The notes below the pieces were generated by a model. The model was given only the letters and a program-made list of their open reading frames with translations, was not told where the DNA came from and made no database searches. Source: Candidatus Cryosericum sp. (GTDB lineage Bacteria; Caldisericota; Caldisericia; Cryosericales; Cryosericaceae). From it: a stretch of 17,718 bases of DNA. A program made the translations under genes and the position numbers. The number at the start of each line of letters is the position of its first letter. Position 1 is the stretch's first letter. The DNA lies in NCBI GenBank assembly GCA_049699855.1, contig JBNAWM010000020.1:1-17718 (forward strand). Direction: 5' to 3'. Of this stretch, positions 8,424 to 15,797 are shown piece after piece.

Positions 8424-8451
8424 ATTCTTGCCCGGACGTGAGATTTGTCAA
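8424..8451 (-). promoter_or_regulatory. Sigma70-type promoter of the ABC-permease-TetR operon
   Basis: Consensus TTGACA (8451-8446), 16-nt spacer, AAGAAT (8429-8424, 4/6 match). Confidence 0.6.
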
Positions 8452-8505
8452 GCCCCATGGGAACACGGTGCCGCAGGAGGCCTGGGGACACGATTTAGGC
8501 TTCCT

Positions 8506-8534
8506 CTGGTATTCGAAGTGACTGGCTGTATCAT
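8506..8534 (+). promoter_or_regulatory. Possible promoter of the glycerate kinase gene
   Basis: TATCAT (8529-8534) with a weak -35 CTGGTA (8506-8511) at 17-nt spacing. Confidence 0.3.
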
Positions 8535-8582
8535 GGTATCAGAATCGCTTGGCGAACTGGACCTTGCAGGATGGAGGCGACA

Positions 8583-9698
8583 ATGGCGAAGATACTTGTC
8601 AGCATGAACGCATTCAAGGGCAGCATTTCCACGCGGGTTGCAACCGACACGGTGGCTCTTGCCTTCGAGAACGCTGGATTCGAGGTTGAACGGGTGTACC
8701 TGGCCGATGGAGGCGATGGAACGATCGATGTCGCAGTGACGCTGGGAGCGCGCATCGATCTGGTCGACACCCTTGATCCGCTGATGCGGCCGATTCAGGC
8801 GCCTGTGGCGTGGCTGGGACAGACAGCGATCATCGAGATGGCCAGGGCCTCGGGGCTGGCGCTGATTGCGCGCGAGGAGCGCAATCCCATGGTGACGACC
8901 AGCTGGGGGACAGGTCTGCTGATCAAGCATGCCCTGGAACATCAGGCAGACCGCATCATTCTGGGCGTTGGCGGGTCCGCGACCGTGGACGGCGGGCTTG
9001 GCATGCTGGCCGCTCTGGGCTTCGGCATCACCGACGAAGTGGGGGGTGCTGCCTGGCGCGGGGGCGAGGGGCTGACGCGGCTGGCACACATGGTGGCCAA
9101 TCCCGCCGTACGGCAGGTGCGGCTGGTCATAGCCAGCGACGTGACCAATCCGCTGACCGGTCCAACAGGGGCGGCGGCCGTGTTCGCTCCCCAGAAGGGA
9201 GCCACGCCGGACATGGTGACCTTGCTGGAGAAAGGGCTGGAGCGTTTTGCCGATCTGACCTTTCAGATGACCGGCGTGCGACTGCATGACATGCCTGGGG
9301 CAGGTGCGGCCGGCGGCGTCGGCGGCGCTGCGGTCGCGTGGCTGAACGGCCATCTGGAGCCCGGGGCCGAGCTGTTCATGGACCTTGAGCACTTCGACAG
9401 CCGGGCGGCAGGGTGCAGGATCCTGGTGACGGGCGAGGGCAGCCTTGACGCGCAGACGGTGTATGGCAAGGCGCCTATCCGCGTCGCGCGGCGCTTTCGC
9501 AAGGCATCACCGGGCGGCCTGACGGTGGGCATCGCCGGAGCCGTGCACGACCGCGAACAGGTCCGTGCCGCAGGCATCGACGTTGTCATGAGCATCATCG
9601 ACTGCCCCATGAGCGAAAGGGATGCCATGGAGGGGGGTCAGGCACTGCTGGCACAGGCGGCGGCCGAGCTTGCCCGTCTGCTCGCGCGGCTGACGTGA
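8583..9698 (+). CDS. glxK: Glycerate kinase, GlxK/GarK family (371 aa)
   Basis: Motifs AFKGS, ADGGDGT, IEMARASGL, GGSATVDGG, DVTNPLTGPTGAAAVFAPQKGA, GAGAAGG, TGEGSLDAQT-x-x-GKAP. Start ATG 8583 follows GGAGG (8573-8577). Confidence 0.95.
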   Translation: MAKILVSMNAFKGSISTRVATDTVALAFENAGFEVERVYLADGGDGTIDVAVTLGARIDLVDTLDPLMRPIQAPVAWLGQTAIIEMARASGLALIAREERNPMVTTSWGTGLLIKHALEHQADRIILGVGGSATVDGGLGMLAALGFGITDEVGGAAWRGGEGLTRLAHMVANPAVRQVRLVIASDVTNPLTGPTGAAAVFAPQKGATPDMVTLLEKGLERFADLTFQMTGVRLHDMPGAGAAGGVGGAAVAWLNGHLEPGAELFMDLEHFDSRAAGCRILVTGEGSLDAQTVYGKAPIRVARRFRKASPGGLTVGIAGAVHDREQVRAAGIDVVMSIIDCPMSERDAMEGGQALLAQAAAELARLLARLT

Positions 9699-9722
9699 CA
9701 AGTTTCGCCTGCTCCTTATACT
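9695..9722 (+). promoter_or_regulatory. Internal sigma70-type promoter for bcp-2TM
   Basis: GTGACA (9695-9700, overlapping the glxK stop), 16-nt spacer, TATACT (9717-9722). Confidence 0.5.
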
Positions 9723-9749
9723 GAGAGCATTCGTGATGTGGAGGTACAG

Positions 9750-10217
9750 ATGAAGACAGTTGGCGAGACGATGCCATCGTTTGAGCTGCAGGACCAGCAC
9801 GGTGACACGGTGCAGGATACAGATCTGCGCGGCCAGTGGATCCTGCTCTACTGCTATCCCAAGGACATGACGCCGGGCTGCTCGCAGGAGGCGAGAGACG
9901 TCCAGGCTGCGCAGAGTGAGCTGTCCAATCTTGGCATCCGTGCCGTAGGTGTCAGCGCCGACAGCGTGGCGTCGCACGTGCGGTTCGCAGCCAAGCTGGG
10001 CCTGACGTTCACTTTGCTTTCAGATCCCCAGCACGTCCTGCTGGAGGCCCTTGGCGCATGGAAGCTCAAGAAGCTGGCAGGCCATGAGTACATGGGGACC
10101 GAGCGCAGTACATTCCTGGTGGACGCGAGGGGCAGGATCGTCCGCGAGTGGCGGGGAGTGAAGGTTGCCGGACATGTTGCGGCAGTGCTGGCGGCGGCGC
10201 GCGAGGCGATGGCATGA
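9750..10217 (+). CDS. bcp: Peroxiredoxin, BCP/PrxQ family (155 aa)
   Basis: Peroxidatic P-x-x-x-T-x-x-C motif YPKDMTPGC, GVSADSVASH-x-x-F, LLSD and the conserved Arg in ERSTFLVD. GGAGG lies upstream of ATG 9750. Confidence 0.94.
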   Translation: MKTVGETMPSFELQDQHGDTVQDTDLRGQWILLYCYPKDMTPGCSQEARDVQAAQSELSNLGIRAVGVSADSVASHVRFAAKLGLTFTLLSDPQHVLLEALGAWKLKKLAGHEYMGTERSTFLVDARGRIVREWRGVKVAGHVAAVLAAAREAMA

Positions 10218-10510
10218 CGCAGCTGGAGGAGTACGAGAGGGCCAGGGACCGCGTTCAGGAGATCAAGGGGTTCTATGCCCACGCTGCCATGTTCGCTCTG
10301 GTCAATGTTGCGCTGGCCGCGCTGAACCTGGCAACGCTTGCAAAGAACGATGGTGTCATTTGGTTCATCTGGCCGCTCATCGGGTGGGGTATCGTCCTGG
10401 CCGTCCACGCGATCTCGGTCTGGGGTATCGGCCGTTTCCTGGGCAAGGATTGGGAGGAACGCCACATTCAGAGTGAACTCGACCGGCACCACACAGGGAT
10501 ACAGGATTGA
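10214..10510 (+). CDS. 2TM domain-containing small membrane protein (98 aa)
   Basis: YERARDRVQEIKGFYAH...FALVN...WFIWPLIGWGIVLAVH...DWEERHIQ fits the 2TM family pattern. ATG 10214 overlaps the bcp stop (ATGA); the ORF-track start at 10148 lies within bcp. Confidence 0.85.
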   Translation: MTQLEEYERARDRVQEIKGFYAHAAMFALVNVALAALNLATLAKNDGVIWFIWPLIGWGIVLAVHAISVWGIGRFLGKDWEERHIQSELDRHHTGIQD

Positions 10511-10561
10511 CTGCTTTTCAGGCTGTCCACAAGGCCGCAGCATGATGGAGGGGCGCTGTCC

Positions 10562-11929
10562 GTGGAAGACACGTCTGTGACTGAAGCGCAGACAATCGGT
10601 GCTCCCTCCCGCAGGCCGAAGGGGATGACAGCGTTTACCATCGTCTGGTTCGGGCAGGTCGTGTCCCTGGTCGGAACGGCGATGAGCGGCTTCGCCCTCA
10701 CGCTGTGGGCCTACCAGACGACCGGGCTGGCGACGGCTCTGTCGCTGGTGGCGTTCTTCAACTTCGCACCGACGATGCTGATGAGCCCTGTCGCTGGGGT
10801 GCTGGTGGACCGCTGGAACCGCAAGTGGACCATGGCCCTCTCCGACCTCGCATCCGCCCTGGCCACGCTGATCATCCTGGTGCTGTTCATCAGCGGACGG
10901 CTGCAGTTGTGGCACCTGTTTGTGACCGGTGCCCTCTCGGCGACGTTTCAGACATTCCAGTGGCCGGCATACAGCGCCGCGATCAGCATGATGGTCCCAA
11001 AGACACAGTATCAGAGGGCGAGTGGCATGATCTCCATGGCGGAGAGCGGGTCGGGGATCGCCGCCCCCATTCTGGCGGGGGCGCTCGTCGGCATCCTTGG
11101 CTTCCAGCGGATCTGGATCATCTTTGTCATTGACCTCGCAACATTTCTGGTCGCGCTTCTGGCTCTCGTGATCGTCGAGATCCCGAATCCGCCCCACGAT
11201 GAGCCTGATCAGCCCGAGAACCTGCTCAAGCAGTCGATGTTTGGCTTCCGGTACATCTGGCAGCACCGGCCGCTGTTCGACCTGCAGATGGTGTTCTTCG
11301 CCCTGAACCTCATCGCCAGCCTGTGCTTCACCGTCTTCCCGGCGCTGGTTCTGGCGCGGACGGGCAATAACGCGGCCGCTTTGGGGTCGACACAGTCGGC
11401 AGCGGCAGTCGGCGGCGTGGTGGGCGGGGCCCTGCTGGCTGCGTGGGGAGGGCCAAAACGCAAGGTGAACGGGGTGCTGATGGGTATGGTGCTGTCTTCA
11501 CTGCTCGGCACCATGGTCCTGGGCCTGGGGCGCTCACTGCCCCTGTGGATCGCCGGCTCCTTCCTGATGATGGCCATCGAGACGATCTTGAATGGCAGCA
11601 ATCAGGCGATCTGGCAGTCCAAGGTTCCTCCTGCCCTGCAGGGCCGCGTGTTCTCGGTCCGCAGGATGATTGCGCAGGTGTCGGCGCCCATTGCCATGCT
11701 GGCTTCGGGGCCATTGGCGGACAAGGTGTTCGGGCCCGCCATGAACTCCGGCGGCCGTCTTGCACCGCTCTTCGGATGGCTGACCGGTGTCGGTCCGGGA
11801 GCAGGCATCTCGCTGATGTTCATCCTGGCAGGTCTCATGGGCGCGCTCATCGGCGCCCTGGGCTACCTCGTTCCGAACATCCGCAACGTGGAGACCATCA
11901 TCCCCGATCACGACGTGGCCGCGGCGTAG
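10562..11929 (+). CDS. MFS transporter, MefA/DHA3-like efflux family (455 aa)
   Basis: N-terminal FTIVWFGQVVSLVGTAM, motif A variant AGVLVDRWNRKWTM, WQSKVPPALQGRVFS and about 12 hydrophobic segments. GTG start with GGAGG at 10547-10551. Substrate cannot be determined from sequence. Confidence 0.92.
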   Translation: MEDTSVTEAQTIGAPSRRPKGMTAFTIVWFGQVVSLVGTAMSGFALTLWAYQTTGLATALSLVAFFNFAPTMLMSPVAGVLVDRWNRKWTMALSDLASALATLIILVLFISGRLQLWHLFVTGALSATFQTFQWPAYSAAISMMVPKTQYQRASGMISMAESGSGIAAPILAGALVGILGFQRIWIIFVIDLATFLVALLALVIVEIPNPPHDEPDQPENLLKQSMFGFRYIWQHRPLFDLQMVFFALNLIASLCFTVFPALVLARTGNNAAALGSTQSAAAVGGVVGGALLAAWGGPKRKVNGVLMGMVLSSLLGTMVLGLGRSLPLWIAGSFLMMAIETILNGSNQAIWQSKVPPALQGRVFSVRRMIAQVSAPIAMLASGPLADKVFGPAMNSGGRLAPLFGWLTGVGPGAGISLMFILAGLMGALIGALGYLVPNIRNVETIIPDHDVAAA

Positions 11930-12068
11930 CGAAAGGCATTCGCATGAGAGACCCGCGCTCCTGTTCCGTCTCGCCGCTGTTGGTCAGAGCGATGGCGCTG
12001 CTCGAATGCGTGCCGAATCGATGCTGAAGACTCTGTGGTGGCAGAAACAGGTAAGTCAATACGCGGTC

Positions 12069-12096
12069 TTGACACACGGGGCGTGGTATCTATTCT
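12069..12096 (+). promoter_or_regulatory. Sigma70-type promoter of the stalk-domain gene
   Basis: TTGACA (12069-12074), 16-nt spacer, TATTCT (12091-12096). Confidence 0.6.
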
Positions 12097-12156
12097 TGTT
12101 AGCAAGGCATGAGAATGAGCCCGGGACGTGCAGTACATCTCAGTGTGGAGGCAAAC

Positions 12157-12786
12157 GTGAAGAGAATCGTGTTGTTTGGTACGATCGCTGTGCTGGTTTT
12201 GGCCCTCGCTTCCGTTGCATACGCTTCTTCAGGAAGCAAGAACATACTAGTCACATTCAGGAACATAAAAATCATTATCAACGGTGAGACCAAGAGTTCT
12301 GCACAGGAACCGTTTATCGTAGGCGGTTCAACGTACGTGCCACTGCGTTTCATTTCCGAAAGCGTCGGGATGTCAGTGAATTGGGACGGGCCAACGAACA
12401 CCATAGACATAGAACCATTGCCAAACAACGTCATGGTCAAAAGCGAACCTGTCCCCGGGGCTGAAATTACCGTTGAGCAGTACCCAGGCCCCGTTGTGGT
12501 CGTGAAGACAAAAATGTGCCAAACAGATGCAAACGGCGACTTTTCAATCACTTTTTCAAAAGACGAACTTGCTTCAATGCCAGACCAAACCGATTTCCTG
12601 CTCACCATCAAGGTTAAGGACTCAATGGGGTATGCTCTCGAAGACGGTGCATCGAATAAGATCGCTGTGAGAATTCTGAAGGCAAAAGGACCAGTTTACA
12701 AATTCACGCTTCTGTGGAGACAGAACACGACCCAGCTCAAAACAAATAAGGGCACGTTTGCTGTAAACGGCAAAACACAAAGCTGA
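12157..12786 (+). CDS. Secreted protein with copper amine oxidase N-terminal-like (stalk) domain and an unassigned beta-rich C-terminal domain (209 aa)
   Basis: GTG 12157 follows GGAGG. Signal peptide MKRIVLFGTIAVLVLALASVAYA; stalk signature IKIIINGE...PFIVGGSTYVPLRFISESVGMSVNWD; C-terminal part PVPGAEITVEQ...TDANGDFSITF resembles prealbumin-like/carboxypeptidase-regulatory folds. Confidence 0.85.
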   Translation: MKRIVLFGTIAVLVLALASVAYASSGSKNILVTFRNIKIIINGETKSSAQEPFIVGGSTYVPLRFISESVGMSVNWDGPTNTIDIEPLPNNVMVKSEPVPGAEITVEQYPGPVVVVKTKMCQTDANGDFSITFSKDELASMPDQTDFLLTIKVKDSMGYALEDGASNKIAVRILKAKGPVYKFTLLWRQNTTQLKTNKGTFAVNGKTQS

Positions 12787-12918
12787 TTTGGACAGAATAG
12801 GCTACGGTAGATTTCCTACGGTTAGCGTTGGGGACCGCAGTGCCAGCAGGATCGGGCAGCTCGCAATGAGGAACAGCGTTTCGTGCGGCGGAGGTGAGAA
12901 GGTCACGGCACCCGCCGG

Positions 12919-12947
12919 TTGCTCCGAGCCGTAGAATCCTGTATAAT
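12919..12947 (+). promoter_or_regulatory. Sigma70-type promoter of the Rieske oxygenase gene
   Basis: TTGCTC (12919-12924), 17-nt spacer, perfect TATAAT (12942-12947). Confidence 0.65.
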
Positions 12948-12978
12948 TGGGCATGGTTTGGCAATGGGAGGTCAGGCA

Positions 12979-13965
12979 ATGATACGAAATCAGTGGTATG
13001 TCATTCTTGAATCACGAGAGGTCAAGCCAGGCAAGCTGCTCGGAGTGCGGCGCATGGGCAGGGACCTGGTGTTGTGGCGGGACAGCAAGGGCGTCGTTTC
13101 CTGCATGAGCGATCACTGTGTCCACCGGGGCGTGGCGCTGAGTGCGGGCAAACTGAAGGGCGACTGCGTGGAGTGCCCGTTCCACGGACTGCAGTATGAC
13201 GGCACCGGGCGCGTGACGGTGATTCCGGCGCACGGGAAGGAGGCGCCGGTTCCTGCGACGTTCCAGGGCGAGTCGTTTGTGGTGCGCGAAGCGCACGGTT
13301 ACATCTATCTGTGGTGGGGCGAGCGCCGCGAGGAGTACCCGGAGCTGCCGTTTATCCCGGGGCTGGACGACGCGCGGCTGATCTACGGCACCTGGCGCGA
13401 TCCCTGGAATGCCTTCTATTCGCGGGCAATCGAGAATCAGCTGGATGTGGTGCATCTGCCGTTTGTGCACTACAACACGATCGGGGTGGGGAACAAGACC
13501 GTTGTGAACGGTCCGGTGGCCGAGCTGGATGGGAACGTTCTGCGGGTCTGGGTGGACAACGAGAAGGATCACGGTCAGAAGCCGCTTCGGCCCAATGAAA
13601 TCCCTGTCCCCCAGCGCGAGGCCCAGCTGACCTTTGTCTTCCCCAACTTGTGGCAGAACAATCTGGGTCCCAATACCCGCATTACTGCTGCCTTCGTTTG
13701 TGTCGACGAGGAGCACACCATCCTGTACCTGCGCTTCTACCGCAGTTTTGGCCGGCTTCCCGGCGTCCGCCAGCTGGTCGACTTCTTGACGGGTATCGCG
13801 AACATCACCATCGCGCATCAGGACCGCCGCGTGGTGCAGACACAGCGGCCGTTCGTCAGCAGTCTGAATGGTGGCGAGAAGCTGATCCAGGGCGATCTGC
13901 CCATCGTGCTCTATCGCAGGCGCCGCGCGCAGCTGCAGAAGGAAGCTGAGGCCATCAAGGTCTGA
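12979..13965 (+). CDS. Rieske non-heme iron oxygenase, alpha subunit (VanA/PaO-like, 328 aa)
   Basis: N-terminal NQWY, Rieske ligands C-V-H...C-P-F-H, mononuclear Fe motif ENQLDVVHLPFVH and a C-terminal Asp in HQDR. ATG 12979 follows GGAGG. Confidence 0.92.
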   Translation: MIRNQWYVILESREVKPGKLLGVRRMGRDLVLWRDSKGVVSCMSDHCVHRGVALSAGKLKGDCVECPFHGLQYDGTGRVTVIPAHGKEAPVPATFQGESFVVREAHGYIYLWWGERREEYPELPFIPGLDDARLIYGTWRDPWNAFYSRAIENQLDVVHLPFVHYNTIGVGNKTVVNGPVAELDGNVLRVWVDNEKDHGQKPLRPNEIPVPQREAQLTFVFPNLWQNNLGPNTRITAAFVCVDEEHTILYLRFYRSFGRLPGVRQLVDFLTGIANITIAHQDRRVVQTQRPFVSSLNGGEKLIQGDLPIVLYRRRRAQLQKEAEAIKV

Positions 13966-13989
13966 GGAGGAATAATGGGGCGTCGTGCT

Positions 13990-15747
13990 TTACCAGCCGC
14001 CGCCTCCGCCACCCCCACCGCCTCCGCCGCTGAATCCACCGCCACCTCCGAAGCCGCCTCCACCGAATCCCGACTTACTGCCCGGAGGGACGGCCGCAGC
14101 GCTGATGGCGTTGTTGAAGCCGGTTCCCATATGGCTTGCGAAGGCTGCGGGATTGACGGGGTTCCAGTAGAGCCCGTAGTACCAGACGGGGGCATAGGGG
14201 CGTCCCTCGGCTGCCATGCGGGCGAAGACGCTGGCAAATTGCTCTGACCATCGCTGCTCGACATCCAGGGCCAGGGCATAGGGGAGATATTTCTCGAAGA
14301 TCTCGGGCGTTCGCTCTGGCGGGTTCAAAAGGTTCATGCGGTCCTTCTCCGTGGTGGCAAGGTACATCCGGAAGCCAGACACCTGGTCTGCGAGGGCGCG
14401 GCCCTCCAGCGTGTACGATTTGAGCGTTGAGGCAAAGACCGCGCTCATGATACCGAGCACCACGATGACGACGACGGGTGCCAGGAACTGCATGGCGCTC
14501 CCGCTGGCGGCAGCAAAGAAGGTCAGCACGGCGGCTCCCACCGAGAGCAGGATGCCGGTCAGGAGATAACCAGTGTTGCTGACGAAGAACCGCGGCTGGT
14601 AGTCACCCTCCAGTCTCTCCTTGCTGGCCAGGATCGCGCGCTGGATATTCTCGGCATTGGCCTGTTCGAAGTCCACCCTGGCGCTCTCGCCCATGAGTGT
14701 GCCGGCCAGGGCAAGCTCGTCATCCGACAACACTGATGAAGGGGCAGTGTCCCGCTCGATCCAGTACTTGTTGCGTTCCTGGTGAATCGTGATGTAGCGC
14801 TTCACGGCCATGTCGATGAGCGCCGCCGTGAAAGCCTTGCTGTCGTGGCTCATGCGTGACAGGTAGCGGGCGCCGCCTGGTGACATGCCTGCGGGCGGCG
14901 CAAAGAGGGGGATGATGGTGCCGCGGTTGGGGTCCTTGCCATGATGATACCACGTGACCATGTAGTAGATGAAGACCAGCAGGATGCCCAGGAAACCGAC
15001 AATGAGAGCGCTGTTGTCGCGCAGGAACCATGCGAGGCGCATGGCCGCTGTTGGTGTCCGGACGTATCCCTTGGGCCAGCCAACGACGATGGTGAGGCCC
15101 TCTCCAGGGTTCAGAACGGTAGTCGTGGTGAACGTAGGGGTGCCGTCGGCGGCGCGGGTCGTCGTGACAGCGCTGGCCGTGGAGCCAACGGGTCCGGTGT
15201 AGGCAGCAAGGCCCGTGATCTTGGCGGCCGCTCCCGCGGGGAGTGTCACGGTGGCCGAGGCGCGGTCGATGGGGAAGACCCAGCCGTTGCCGGTCACATT
15301 CCAGTACAGCTCGTCATGGTCGGCAAAGTATCCCAGCTCACGGTCCACGCTGAACCTGAGTGTCCACGTGTGCAGTCCGGGGCTGATGAGAACGTTTGGA
15401 TCGCCGATCTTGACGCGCTTGCCGTTGGACCAGTTGGACACGGTGTAGGGCTCGTTCTGCCCGTCACGCTGGACACCCAGCACCTGGAAGTCGATCACCA
15501 GCCGTCCGCCGGTTTTGGCGTCGGAGTAGATGGTCGGAAAGTCGTAATAGATGCCGTGCTGGATCTGATCGCCGGTCACCTCGGCCTGGATGGTGTTCTC
15601 CACACGCATCGTCCCATCCTGGTTGACAGTGATTGCGCTGTCAAAGCTGGTGATGCGCTCCTGCTGAGCCAGGGCCAGCCCGGGGACTGCGGCAAGTGAA
15701 ATCATCAGCATCAGTAGTGCCAGAATCAGCAGCCTAGGTTTTCTCAT
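13990..15747 (-). CDS. DUF2207 family membrane protein with poly-Gly-Trp tail (585 aa)
   Basis: Signal peptide, [56 protein letters not shown]...[20 protein letters not shown] and terminal [12 protein letters not shown]. Start ATG 15747 with AAAGGAG upstream. Confidence 0.92.
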   Translation of the reverse strand: MRKPRLLILALLMLMISLAAVPGLALAQQERITSFDSAITVNQDGTMRVENTIQAEVTGDQIQHGIYYDFPTIYSDAKTGGRLVIDFQVLGVQRDGQNEPYTVSNWSNGKRVKIGDPNVLISPGLHTWTLRFSVDRELGYFADHDELYWNVTGNGWVFPIDRASATVTLPAGAAAKITGLAAYTGPVGSTASAVTTTRAADGTPTFTTTTVLNPGEGLTIVVGWPKGYVRTPTAAMRLAWFLRDNSALIVGFLGILLVFIYYMVTWYHHGKDPNRGTIIPLFAPPAGMSPGGARYLSRMSHDSKAFTAALIDMAVKRYITIHQERNKYWIERDTAPSSVLSDDELALAGTLMGESARVDFEQANAENIQRAILASKERLEGDYQPRFFVSNTGYLLTGILLSVGAAVLTFFAAASGSAMQFLAPVVVIVVLGIMSAVFASTLKSYTLEGRALADQVSGFRMYLATTEKDRMNLLNPPERTPEIFEKYLPYALALDVEQRWSEQFASVFARMAAEGRPYAPVWYYGLYWNPVNPAAFASHMGTGFNNAISAAAVPPGSKSGFGGGGFGGGGGFSGGGGGGGGGGGW

Positions 15748-15779
15748 GGGTACTCCTTTGATCAGGTTCCTGCTGGAAT

Positions 15780-15788
15780 AGCATAGCA
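15780..15788 (-). promoter_or_regulatory. Extended -10 internal promoter for the last DUF2207 gene
   Basis: TG-c-TATGCT (15788-15780) in the 50-nt gap between two DUF2207 genes; no recognisable -35. Confidence 0.45.
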
Positions 15789-15797
15789 CACGTGCTC

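Noticed and set aside
8448..9392. 314-aa minus-strand ORF opposite glycerate kinase
   Set aside because: Shadow ORF that also runs through the divergent promoter region; no motifs.
9854..11266. 470-aa minus-strand ORF spanning bcp, 2TM and MFS
   Set aside because: Lies antisense to three well-supported genes and has no recognisable domain; long stop-free antisense frames are common at this GC content.
12801..12826. Imperfect hairpin with a CTACGGT direct repeat downstream of the stalk gene
   Set aside because: The stem is interrupted, there is no U tract and only two 7-nt copies; not supportable as a terminator or CRISPR remnant.
13985..14170. 61-aa poly-Pro ORF on the plus strand
   Set aside because: It is simply the reverse complement of the poly-Gly codons of the DUF2207 tail.
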